DNA of 62,129 bases, counting the filler, from Jimgerdemannia flammicorona (taxonomy: Eukaryota), in NCBI GenBank assembly GCA_003990765.1. It is 3 parts of 3 records of this genome, joined end to end, with 100 filler letters (N's around TTAATTAATTAA, not from the genome) between each part and the next. Parts side by side here need not be neighbours in the genome. Positions count along the whole stretch, not along the records: positions 20,756 to 41,398 come from RBNJ01001628.1; positions 41,499 to 62,129 come from RBNJ01001629.1; 1 more part is not named here. One strand, given 5' to 3'. A program made the position numbers and the translations under genes. The notes beneath the pieces were generated by a model. The model ran no database searches. It saw only the letters and a program-made list of their open reading frames with translations, and was not told the origin of the DNA. This document shows positions 34,732-44,093 of this stretch, one piece after another. Position 1 is the first letter of the stretch. Every line of letters begins with the position of its first letter.

Positions 34732-35409
34732 CTACTTCTTCTTCCGTTTACAGCTATCTGGAACATCATTATTATGAGGTCGTTTTTTAGAAGTGGTGGT
34801 GGTGGAGGAGGAGGAGGAGGGGGGGTGTGGTGTGTTTTTTGGTTGGGTAGAACGTACAGGGTTTCTTAACAACTGCTCAACACCTTTGGACAGCGATGCA
34901 AATTTTGTATCAGTTGATGGTGTTGTCAGCTCATCGAACCTATCTTCATCTGATGAATGGTAACTAACAACAAGGTATAGAATGTTATCAGCAGATGTAT
35001 ATTGAAATGTTCTTTTAATCAATCCGCCGTCTTTAAAATCGTAAACGTCGTCAGTGAGTGAGCCAACTATACGATAATCTTTATTCTGCTTACACTTTCT
35101 ATACTTGGATTCTTTTTTTCGAACACATCTACCCTTATTTTCGGGATAAAGACGTGTCGTTGTCTGGCGATAGTAGCGAATGCCAGAGGTGAATCTGCGT
35201 GAGGGACTCCAAAATTGGTCATCGCGTATTCGCTGTGATCTATCTTTAACAATGACGAATATAGCGCCGTGTTCAACCACCAATCGATCTTTGTTGGCAA
35301 TTGTTTCTGGATTTACTGGGCGAAGTAAGTCGCTTGTGCAAGCAAGTATAAGAGTCAATGCATCTGCCCGCGATTCAAGCTTGCCAGTGTATGTGCGATT
35401 GATTGACAT
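34732..35409 (-). CDS. Divergent Gti1/Pac2 (WOPR) family transcription factor
   Basis: TYTGKLESRADAL...AC, GAIFV, WSPSR, YYRQ, GSLTDDVYDFKDGGLIKRT, VVSYH, L.TPS; basic C-terminal KRKKK. Confidence 0.85.
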   Translation of the reverse strand: MSINRTYTGKLESRADALTLILACTSDLLRPVNPETIANKDRLVVEHGAIFVIVKDRSQRIRDDQFWSPSRRFTSGIRYYRQTTTRLYPENKGRCVRKKESKYRKCKQNKDYRIVGSLTDDVYDFKDGGLIKRTFQYTSADNILYLVVSYHSSDEDRFDELTTPSTDTKFASLSKGVEQLLRNPVRSTQPKNTPHPPSSSSSTTTTSKKRPHNNDVPDSCKRKKK

Positions 35410-35512
35410 GATTTAACACAAACGTCCATTTTTTTAAGCGTTGGTTGGTTTTATATTCGTCTAATAAGCTTAGTCATATGATTATTTTAATGTGGTACAC
35501 AGTACCCCAATC

Positions 35513-35564
35513 AAAATTTGACGCATAAAAATGTCGAGTCTAGCATTTTTATGCGTCAAATTTT
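35513..35564. repeat. Island palindrome, reversed core (TCGAGTCTAG)
   Basis: 21-bp perfect arms AAAATTTGACGCATAAAAATG / CATTTTTATGCGTCAAATTTT. Confidence 0.93.
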
Positions 35565-35649
35565 AATTGGTGTGCATATACTGATTATCGAGATAAGATT
35601 GATATGGAAATAGTACAGAATGGAATTAGATTCGGCCGATGTCACCGAA

Positions 35650-36024
35650 TCATCTAAATAAGTTATATTTGATAAAACGTATACACGGTTCTGCAGCGAC
35701 AATACAAAGAGCAAGAAATAGAATTAATATCACAAGCAATACAATAATACATAATTCAGTATAAATGGGTTTTGGAACAAATCCAATCAAAACACTGAAT
35801 ATGTTAAATCTACACTGAAAGTGATTCCATAATTGCAATGCTGTGATGTTGTTTACAATACGCTCACAATAATTGTAGATAAGTTTCGTACATCGGATCC
35901 ACAGTACGATAATGGCAAGTGTTGCAATATACCAAAATATATGTCCACCAAACAGATCATCAAATAACTGGTAATACTATTCGACCAGGGATACAAACTC
36001 CATCAAGATAGTATTTTTAAACAT
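35650..36024 (-). pseudogene. Small membrane protein, nonsense-interrupted paralogue of 37501..37830
   Basis: MFKNTILMEFVSLVE*YYQL...IFWYIATLAIIVLWIRC...LQLWNHFQCRFNIFSVLIGFVP; TAG where the paralogue has TGG. Confidence 0.65.
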
Positions 36025-36640
36025 GGGTGAAACTGATATTAGAAACTGTTTCGCAATTATATATATAATTAGAATCAATTTCAACAATGACATCATACAT
36101 GATATTTTTTTAAACATAAGCGTGTGCCCGTATTGTAAAATCGTGTGCCCAATATATATACATTGCGCGCACACACTTGCTCACCATTCCCTCTCCCTGA
36201 TAGCATTCCATGCCATTTCAGTTACAACCTGTAATAAAAGGAAAATGAAATTGCTAGGGGAGATAGCCAGACACAATATAGAATAAAATAAATAAAGAGA
36301 AAAATATTATTGTCAAGACAGATAAAATATTATTATAAACAAGTTGGTGAGAAAATTGATGCATAAAAATCTTTTAATCTTGATTACTTGAAATTTGGTC
36401 CACCCAAAATTTATGTTGGGCATACGGTTTATAATATGGGCACACAAATAAAGTTCTCCAGTAGAGGGGGGGGGGGCAGCGATAATCTGAACATATGATA
36501 ATAAATTTAATATCTAAAAAATATGCATGCGATGATGACTACATATTACTGGACTCATCTGATTGTATACAGAGATTATCAGAAATGAGTAAGATCATAT
36601 ATAAACCGCTGGCACAGTCAAACCTGCCACAAAACCCTCA

Positions 36641-37102
36641 ATGACCATTCTACCCAAAACCCACACAAAACCCTCAATGACCATTCTACTCAAAAAAACC
36701 CAACTGCTCTCGGATTCCTGGTCTGCATTGGTGCTTAAGATATCACCCTACCATCAAACTATCCTCGCTAGTGATTCCCAAAGAGCAGCCAAAATAAAGG
36801 AAGAATGGGTGACGTTGCGATATTACACAACACAACAGAACCTTTCACACTTCCACAAGAAGGTCCATCCGAAGTACACTGGAACAGAAAACCCGTGTCT
36901 GTGTGAAGATATGGACATTTTTCATGAAATCCTTTATGGTGCCAGCTGGGAACAAGAATTCGCTGATTATCAGGAAAGGCTGCACAGCAATAGCCGCCAT
37001 TGGTTAGTCTACTACAATGAATACATCAATGAATTGGGACGAAAGGAGTTACAAAGAAGTAATGATAGATATCTATTCGATGGTGATGATGATGAGGATT
37101 AG
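36641..37102 (+). CDS. Hypothetical protein with acidic C-terminus
   Basis: 153-aa ORF, TATA-like TATATAAA upstream, 36-bp duplication at the start, AATAAA downstream. Confidence 0.6.
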   Translation: MTILPKTHTKPSMTILLKKTQLLSDSWSALVLKISPYHQTILASDSQRAAKIKEEWVTLRYYTTQQNLSHFHKKVHPKYTGTENPCLCEDMDIFHEILYGASWEQEFADYQERLHSNSRHWLVYYNEYINELGRKELQRSNDRYLFDGDDDED

Positions 37103-37418
37103 GAAATAATGTCATGGCATAATTATATAATCCAATAATAGATGCTAAATAAACTTAAGATATATAAATTAGCTATCATGTATTAGAATAATTAACTCGC
37201 CACTATACTACTCGAGATCAAATATAAACAAATTAGTACCAATTGGAATATTTGCAAAGATGCAGGCGAGCGAGCATATGTATGGGTAGAGTTGAGATCT
37301 TCGTGGAAGATATAGTTTTGATTATCCGAAGTGCATAATCGCGATGGGTGTGCATGTGAATCTTTTAAGATGCACATTACACAACCATGTACGATCTTAC
37401 TAAATATATTCACCAGGT

Positions 37419-37470
37419 AAAATTCGGCGCATAAAAATGTCGAGTCTAGCATTTTTAAGCGCCAAATTGT
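37419..37470. repeat. Island palindrome, reversed core, with compensatory GGCGC/GCGCC arm change
   Basis: AAAATTCGGCGCATAAAAATG-TCGAGTCTAG-CATTTTTAAGCGCCAAATT. Confidence 0.88.
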
Positions 37471-37500
37471 GATTGACGGGCATCTCTTGAGATAAGATTG

Positions 37501-37830
37501 TTAATTAAATAAGTTGTGTTTGATAAAATGTATACTCATTTCTGCAAAGTACGAGAAATAGAAATTACTATGTGACAATTTGGTACAGATAGGGCTTGGA
37601 ACAAATCCAATCAAAACACTGAATATGTTAAATCTACACTGAAAGTAATTCCACAATTGCAATGCGATGCTGATGTTTACAATGCACTCGCAACAGGTGT
37701 AGATACGTTTTATACATCGGATCCATAGTACAATGATGACAAGTGTTGCAGTATACCAAAATATATGTATACTATACTGATCATCGTATAGCTGGTAATA
37801 CCATTTGACTAGGGATACAAACTCCATCAA
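37501..37830 (-). CDS. Small predicted membrane protein
   Basis: About 109-aa hydrophobic ORF; paralogue at 35650..36024. Confidence 0.55.
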   Translation of the reverse strand: MMEFVSLVKWYYQLYDDQYSIHIFWYTATLVIIVLWIRCIKRIYTCCECIVNISIALQLWNYFQCRFNIFSVLIGFVPSPICTKLSHSNFYFSYFAEMSIHFIKHNLFN

Positions 37831-38200
37831 GATAGTATTTTTGAATATGTGTGAGACCGATGTTGTATACTAAATGGGTGGAATCAATTTCACACAATAC
37901 TTTTTTAAATGAAGTCGGTAATTATAGATGGATTGTGTGCCCATATTGTAAAATCGTGTGCCCAATATATTTAAATCTACATATATTGCACGCACACTCC
38001 CCCCCCCCCCAAACCAACCCATCGAAGAGAATACCACACTGATTATTTCTATAGCAGTTCTAGAGCCTACAACTCCTTTATCATTTGCATTCCGCATTGA
38101 CCACACATATATTTTTCTGTAGTAATGGCTCTATAAAATTGCGATATATATATATATAATTAGTATAAGAACTAAATAAATATTAATCAGCCAAGTATTA

Positions 38201-39575
38201 TTACCTCGAGTGTGGTTGCTTTGAGATTGGCATTGGGCGTGTAAATGTATCGCGTGGTCTCTGACTGGCATCATATGCATTTGTCAGATATCGCAAGATA
38301 GTAGGAGTATCAAAATCCAAGCTCCATCCTCCCCATTCACATATCTCCCCTATTGATTTGCGCTGTCCTGCATAGTAATGCCAGTACTGACACCCACCAC
38401 GTCGAAATGAATGTGTATCATACAGGTCTGACTTTACAATTCCAATTGCCTGTAGATCCTTTCGGAATCGATTTCGGAAGGATTTGTAGCTTACTCTCTG
38501 GGTTACATCGAGATCTTGGTTATCATTTCTGGCAACAAAGAAATATCCGTCGGTATCACCGCGGTAGTACAACCATCTCATATATGCTCGTATAGGGCAA
38601 AGATACTTATTATAATTATTGCGCCATAATATAAAGGGCTTGATTCCTGTAAGATAATAGATGAATTAGAAGCATCGCAGATACATTTGCTTTACGGACA
38701 TTCTGAGAGACAGCCTACCTCCGCTCTGTGCCGTTTTACGAAAGTTCAATGTTAATGTGATATATCTCTTTCGAAACTCGATGTGTGTCCATTGAATATT
38801 CAGTACTTCGTCACCACGCAGAAGACACAGATATGCAAACATGTATGCACAGTATTGGCGGGCACCAATAACTCCTTCTTGTTGGCAGTATGTATACAAT
38901 TCGTCCATATCATTGGGTGTCAAAGCACGCACCGACTCTGCCGCCTCCCCACGCCGCGCCTTACGCTGTCGCAAACTGCGTATATACCGTCGCACATCCT
39001 CTGACTGCGTTGGATTTCCAACCCATTTTTGCTGGGTTTCATCATATTCAAATATCGCCTTCCTCCTGCCATTGATATTATAATACCGGGTAATAGCTGA
39101 TTGTATTGCCAATGCAGTTGAAATCTGCATTGTATACGCGAACAACAGTAATAAATATGTGATCATTACCAAAGTTCGAGATACAAAATTATATTTACCG
39201 AATGTCCTAGACATCCAATAGGACTACCATGCTTATCGGCGGTATCTCTAGGTTCGCACTGTTTATATATATATGCACAGATATCCTTTGGTGTCATTTC
39301 GGTAACAATCGTAGGATCAAATTCTTTGTTGTAGAAATGTTTATATCGCTGGCATTGAAAACGGTAGTATCCATTCCATGTGCTATCAGATTGACAAATA
39401 AACATATATTAATATTATCGCCAATACCGTATAGATTGTATATATACACACACCTATTATAAACCTTTTGGGTGCCTGCCGTGATGTCATTCTCTTGTTC
39501 CATTGCGGCATAGTGTCCATAATCTATTTTGCCATTAATAGGTTTGGAATTGGTAGCATCATTTGGTATGACCAT
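38201..39575 (-). CDS. Tyrosine recombinase (Crypton-like DNA breaking-rejoining enzyme), four exons, 385 aa, apparently intact
   Basis: GT-AG introns 39383..39453, 39125..39198, 38647..38718 give one open frame (1158 nt) with LLRGDEV (R), FRKT (K), LCPIRAY, THSFRRGG (HxxR), WGGW, ILRY (Y). Confidence 0.9.
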
Positions 39576-39614
39576 TATCTGAATAATAATAATATATAGT
39601 ATATTTGGTCACAT

Positions 39615-41019
39615 TTAATATATATCAGCGATGTCTTTTGCCTGTCGTTTTACTGCATTTCTGTTCTCTATTTTAGATATCAACCGCTTATATGTAATTG
39701 TCTCAGTTTCATCAAAATATTCAGCATAAAGACCAGGTAGTCCACCATATATTTTGTATTCTCTAAACAGTTTCTACAAAATGAAATCAAGCAATATTAA
39801 TTATAATTCAGACCAACATAACCCCATTATATATAAATAGTAACTATCATACCTCACGCTCTAGTACTTTATTACGGATGCGCTTCCAATTCTTTGTTTT
39901 ATACCATTTATCTCGGAGCGCCTGGATAGTTCCATCCTCAACCTGCATGATCGCATCTTCAATATTTTTAATAGCTGGCACCCTGGGGCGCATGTCAACT
40001 GATGGCAACGTTATCACAGACCCGATACTCGATGATGTCCAGGGTTTGCCCTCACAACGTTCACACTCACAATCAGAGTTAGATTTATCAGAACCTCGTT
40101 CGAACCATTTTTTGGCTTCTGCATATCCACGATCCAATGAATTGAATTTGAGTACATATTCATGTCGTCGATGTTTTGATGTCCCGATATTCTCCCAACG
40201 TTCATCCATAGGTACTGAAAAGAAGTCAAAAAGGCTCTCTAACAAATCCTGTTTTTTCAATGATTTTCGTAGTTTTGAAGCCCCCAATGGCAATTGTTTG
40301 TTGATCTCGCCTACAATTCGTTTGAGTGTTACAATAGAAGGGTTTGCACGTACCGTATCAAGATCGATACCATATTTTTTAGCCTTATTTTGCGACTTGG
40401 TCGTTGTACGTATGCGTTTGTAGCGACGTTGGATATCAGATGTAGGCAACTTGTGTTTTCGATTGGTGTTATCTCCATCCACAACTTCCTCAATATCTTC
40501 CCCGGCCTCCTCCGAATCACCAATATCTTCATCGGTCTCTTCAGAATCATCAGTATCGTTGTCTTCCTCATTGTCATCAATCTCTTCTGGAATCTTAGTA
40601 TATTTGTCATCATCATCATCATCTTCCCCGCTGTCCTCACCATTTTTAATGTTCGCTTTCACACCTCCAGTATCCTTTGATATAACGGTAGGGTGCTGGA
40701 CAATGATATGAAGGTTCCTTTTGGTGGGCTGGCTAGCAAAGTGCTCATAAATATCATCTTGCACTGACAACATCTCGCCACATAGCACATTCTTGATATC
40801 GATATCGGGGTCAGTGTTGATTGCAGTCAGAGGGATGCTGACCTTCCAAAGTATGAGTTCGTTGACAATAATCTGATCATATCGCTTTTGCAACCGTGTC
40901 TTAATTAACTCTCTGAGCTTGTCGATGCTTTCAGTCTTGGGTATATTGACATGGAACGTATATATGGATGGAGGGGTGTTTCTGTGTATCAGACAGTTGA
41001 GTGTTATAATATTGACCAT
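39615..41019 (-). CDS. Crinkler (CRN) N-terminal ubiquitin-like domain protein with acidic linker, two exons (441 aa)
   Basis: ITLNCLI...FHVNI...SIDKLRELIK...LILWKVSIP...LHIIVQHP is the fungal CRN-N pattern; intron 39774..39852 (GTATGA...TTGTAG) extends the frame to a stop at 39615. Confidence 0.85.
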
Positions 41020-41099
41020 TTTGTGTATATAAATAAGGTGACGCTGACAATGTTTATATATACAAGTTGGGGCGCACAGCCATGTGAACAAAATTTATT

Positions 41100-41271
41100 T
41101 TGCCCACCCTCAACATAACTCGCGACGTTCCCCACCCTCGACAAATCGAAATTCTGCCCACCCTCGACAAAATTTTAGGCTCCCCCATCCGGCCTTGCAA
41201 AATTGCACTATCAGATGCACCCCGGCCTTGAGGGTAACACCAGATCGGGCCTTGAAATTGCACTATCAGGG
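41100..41271. repeat. Short direct-repeat cluster, putative element terminus
   Basis: CCCACCCTC x3 (two followed by GACAAA), GGCCTTG x3, AAATTGCACTATCAG x2. Confidence 0.7.
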
Positions 41272-41398
41272 CATTAAATCAGTTATAGTTTATTTGATAA
41301 TACCTTACTACTTGGATAACCGTGGTAATTCTAGAGCTAATACATGCTAAAAATCCCGACTTCTGGAAGGGATGTATTTATTAGATAAAAAACCAATG
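41272..41398 (+). rRNA. 18S rRNA gene fragment (5' region, starts internally, cut by the gap)
   Basis: CATTAAATCAGTTATAGTTTATTTGAT...GGATAACCGTGGTAATTCTAGAGCTAATACATGC...TATTTATTAGATAAAAAACCAATG is conserved fungal SSU sequence. Confidence 0.93.
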
Positions 41399-41498
41399 NN
41401 NNNNNNNNNNNNNNNNNNNNNNNNNNNNNNNNNNNNNNNNNNTTAATTAATTAANNNNNNNNNNNNNNNNNNNNNNNNNNNNNNNNNNNNNNNNNNNN
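41399..41498. other. Assembly gap with artificial TTAATTAATTAA spacer
   Basis: N run with linker. Confidence 0.97.
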
Positions 41499-42107
41499 GG
41501 TTCGGAATATATGGAGGAAGATGGTTCGGAATATGAGAAGGAGGAGGATCAGTTGGTTTATAGCGATGAAGAGGAGGATCAGTTGGTTTATAGCGATGAA
41601 GAGTAAGATCTGTTCACACCAGTAAGTTCTTTATTTTCCTGATTTACTTCCTATTTATTTCCGATTTCATTTTGATTTCTGATTCCTAATTATGTTTCTG
41701 TTTGTTTATTCTAAATATATCTTAGATGTGCAATATATTTTTTTTGGTGCCTTGTAGCTTAAAGGCAGATTAAAGACGGGTCTGTGTCGGGTTAAATACG
41801 GGTCAGGGTCGGGTCATGTATATTTCTCGGGTTGGGTTAAAGACGGGTTACGTATAATTCCGGGTCGGGTTAAAGATGGGTGACGTACATTTCCAGGTTG
41901 GGTTAAAGATGGGTGACGTATAATTCCAGGTCAGGTTAAAGACGGGTAACGTATTATTCCAGATCGGGTTAAAGACGGGTGATGTATTATTCTGGGTCGG
42001 GTTAAAGATGGGTGACGTATAATTCCAGGTCGGGTTAAAGACGGGTGACGTATAATTCCGGGTTGGGTTAAATATGTACACGGGTCGGCTCGGGTTGCGA
42101 TGCACTA
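41499..42107 (+). mobile_element. 3' end of a probable hAT-like DNA transposon: acidic ORF tail, 33-bp subterminal array, CACTA end
   Basis: GSEYMEEDGSEYEKEEDQLVYSDEEEDQLVYSDEE* then about 7 units of the 33-mer; ends GCACTA as at 21044; no transposase domain visible. Confidence 0.55.
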
Positions 42108-42816
42108 AGTACCAGGCTAGGGGTAGTTATCAGGGCTGGGATGGACAATATTTTGGTGAGGCCTTTCGATTGGCTGGTGGGGGGTGGGGTGGTACAGGGG
42201 CCAGCATCCTGGCTGTACTCAACTAGAACCAGGAGCTGATACAGTAATGCGATTGAGGCCTGCAGGCTTGAGGAGTGGGGTCTTCCTTATTTGGCTTTAC
42301 CTGACTGGAACCAAGAGCTGATATGGCAATATGATTGAGGCCTGCAGGCTCAGAGAGTAGAAGTGGGATCTCTTCTGTCCCTAGCCCATGTATAAGTTCT
42401 TTGTGGAAGGTTCTGCATGTAAGTCCTTTACTCACCTGCTTTGAATCTACTTTACTCTCTGTTAGTTGGTTGAGGGGTTTTTTCTTTACCTCAGGCTTTC
42501 TTTTGGGGTTTGGGGGGCTATTATTTATTCAGTCCCAGCACTGCTAGATCTGATGCATAGGTGTGCTCTCGCATATAAATGATGATCCAGCCCTAGTAAG
42601 CAGACAAGTCTGGTCTATATCATAGGAGTCAATATAGCCAGTGTTTGACAGATATAGCTAGAGTGGTGGGACTGCTGGACAATTTAGTAGTCTAGGTTAA
42701 TGGGGGGATATTGTTTGGTGAGTAGTAGGGGAGGGTTTTGGCCTATATAGTCTAGGTTTCCTTCCAATACAAATCTGCAGGACTATAAGTCCATTAAAAA
42801 AAAAAAAAAAAAAAAA
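42108..42816 (+). mobile_element. Probable 3' fragment of a LINE with poly(A) tail
   Basis: G-rich, CpG-poor sequence ending GACTATAAGTCCATT followed by A21. Confidence 0.5.
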
Positions 42817-44093
42817 GACAAACCTATAAACAAAACTCAGATTATAATACTATTAGTAATATAGTATAAGAAAGTACTCAAGAAGATAGTATATATCTTT
42901 ATTATAATAGTTTATCTCAAAAAGTAAAATAAGAAGCTATCAATCAATAAAAATATCATATTATTACTTAAAATTTTTAAGAATATCTTTTCAGATAAGC
43001 TATCTGGTCTACTCTTAGACTTTAACTTTATTACTCTCTATTCTATATTATACTAATATAGAAGTACAAATATACTCTTCACTCAATCCTATATGAAACC
43101 TCCTCTCTTCTCTCTCTCTCTCCATCTCTTTGGAGAGTCATTAAATCTTCAGAAACTCTAACTCTCTCTTACTCTTCCTGTAAATATACTCTACAAGCCC
43201 CCTATAGAGTCTTTCTCCAGATTTCCACTTCTGCCATAAACTATTCAGAATATTCAGTAATAATTATTCAGAATATCTAATAATAACTATTTAGAATATC
43301 CAGCAATAACTATTTCTATCTTATAACTCATACTCTAAGTATCAAACACTAACTATTCTCAAATATATATAGCCAATATCCAGCAAGCCTAATCTAAATA
43401 GTTAGAATTCACTCAATAGTCAATTACTCATCTCTAACCTCTCCTACTAGCCTCTTCCAAAGATCACTCCACCTTCTACTCTCTATCTTCCCAGAAGGTT
43501 GTACCCCTAGCTGATTCTCAATTACTCTCTAAAAGTCTCTCATAATCTCACACTCTCTAAACTAATGTTCAGGAGTCTATACTACTCCATCTTCTTGCCC
43601 AATATTAAAATACTCCTCATACTCTAAGGTACTCTCTTCCACCAAATATCCTGTCCTATAATTTAGTATTATATTATATTATAAAAATCTCCACTATGTT
43701 ATCCAAAACTTGGGGGAAAGTTATCTCACTACCTGCTTGCTCTAAGACTAAATACTATTCTAGTTCTACTTCTCACTGATTTCTATCCTCTGTCAGGTCT
43801 CAGATTATAAATCTTTTCTAATGTCTGCAGATATTCTAAGCCATCCTTCAAACAAAAATCATTCACTGGCATACCCTATAATAGAAGGTGATCCTACTTC
43901 TATATCTGGGTCTCCAGTCTTTCTCTCTCTCATTACCCCACTATCTGAGTCCAATTCAATGAGCACTATCAACTACTCTCTACTAGAATCCCCTATAGCA
44001 TATCTTCTGGCTCTTCTCTAGTATTATTAGAGAGAGAAAATCACCAGTCTTACTCTGGGGACCTTCCATACCCTCTGTATAAGAAGTACCTAC
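42817..44093 (-). mobile_element. Heavily C-to-T mutated L1-like remnants
   Basis: TpA-rich; 43350-43700 resembles the reverse complement of the L1 3' region (for example 53690-54100). Confidence 0.5.

Noticed and set aside
38201..41019. Single CRN-recombinase fusion protein
   Set aside because: The most natural splice model gives a stop at 39615 and a new ATG at 39575; a fusion would need unsupported splicing
21045..41271. Endogenous giant virus (intronless F-box/TPR genes, intergenic hairpins)
   Set aside because: No capsid, polymerase, packaging ATPase or other viral core gene is recognisable; several genes have spliceosomal introns and fungal-specific domains; not fully excluded
41272..41398. 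Functional rRNA gene or firm species identification
   Set aside because: Only 127 nt, lacking the 5' end and cut by a gap; too conserved to name the organism without a search
41848..42105. 85-aa repetitive ORF (NPTWNYTSP...)
   Set aside because: Translation of the 33-bp tandem repeat
20756..42107. The two 33-bp arrays as direct terminal repeats bounding the island
   Set aside because: They lie on different contigs, with 18S DNA and a gap between the island and the second array; better explained as two copies of a repeat that breaks assembly
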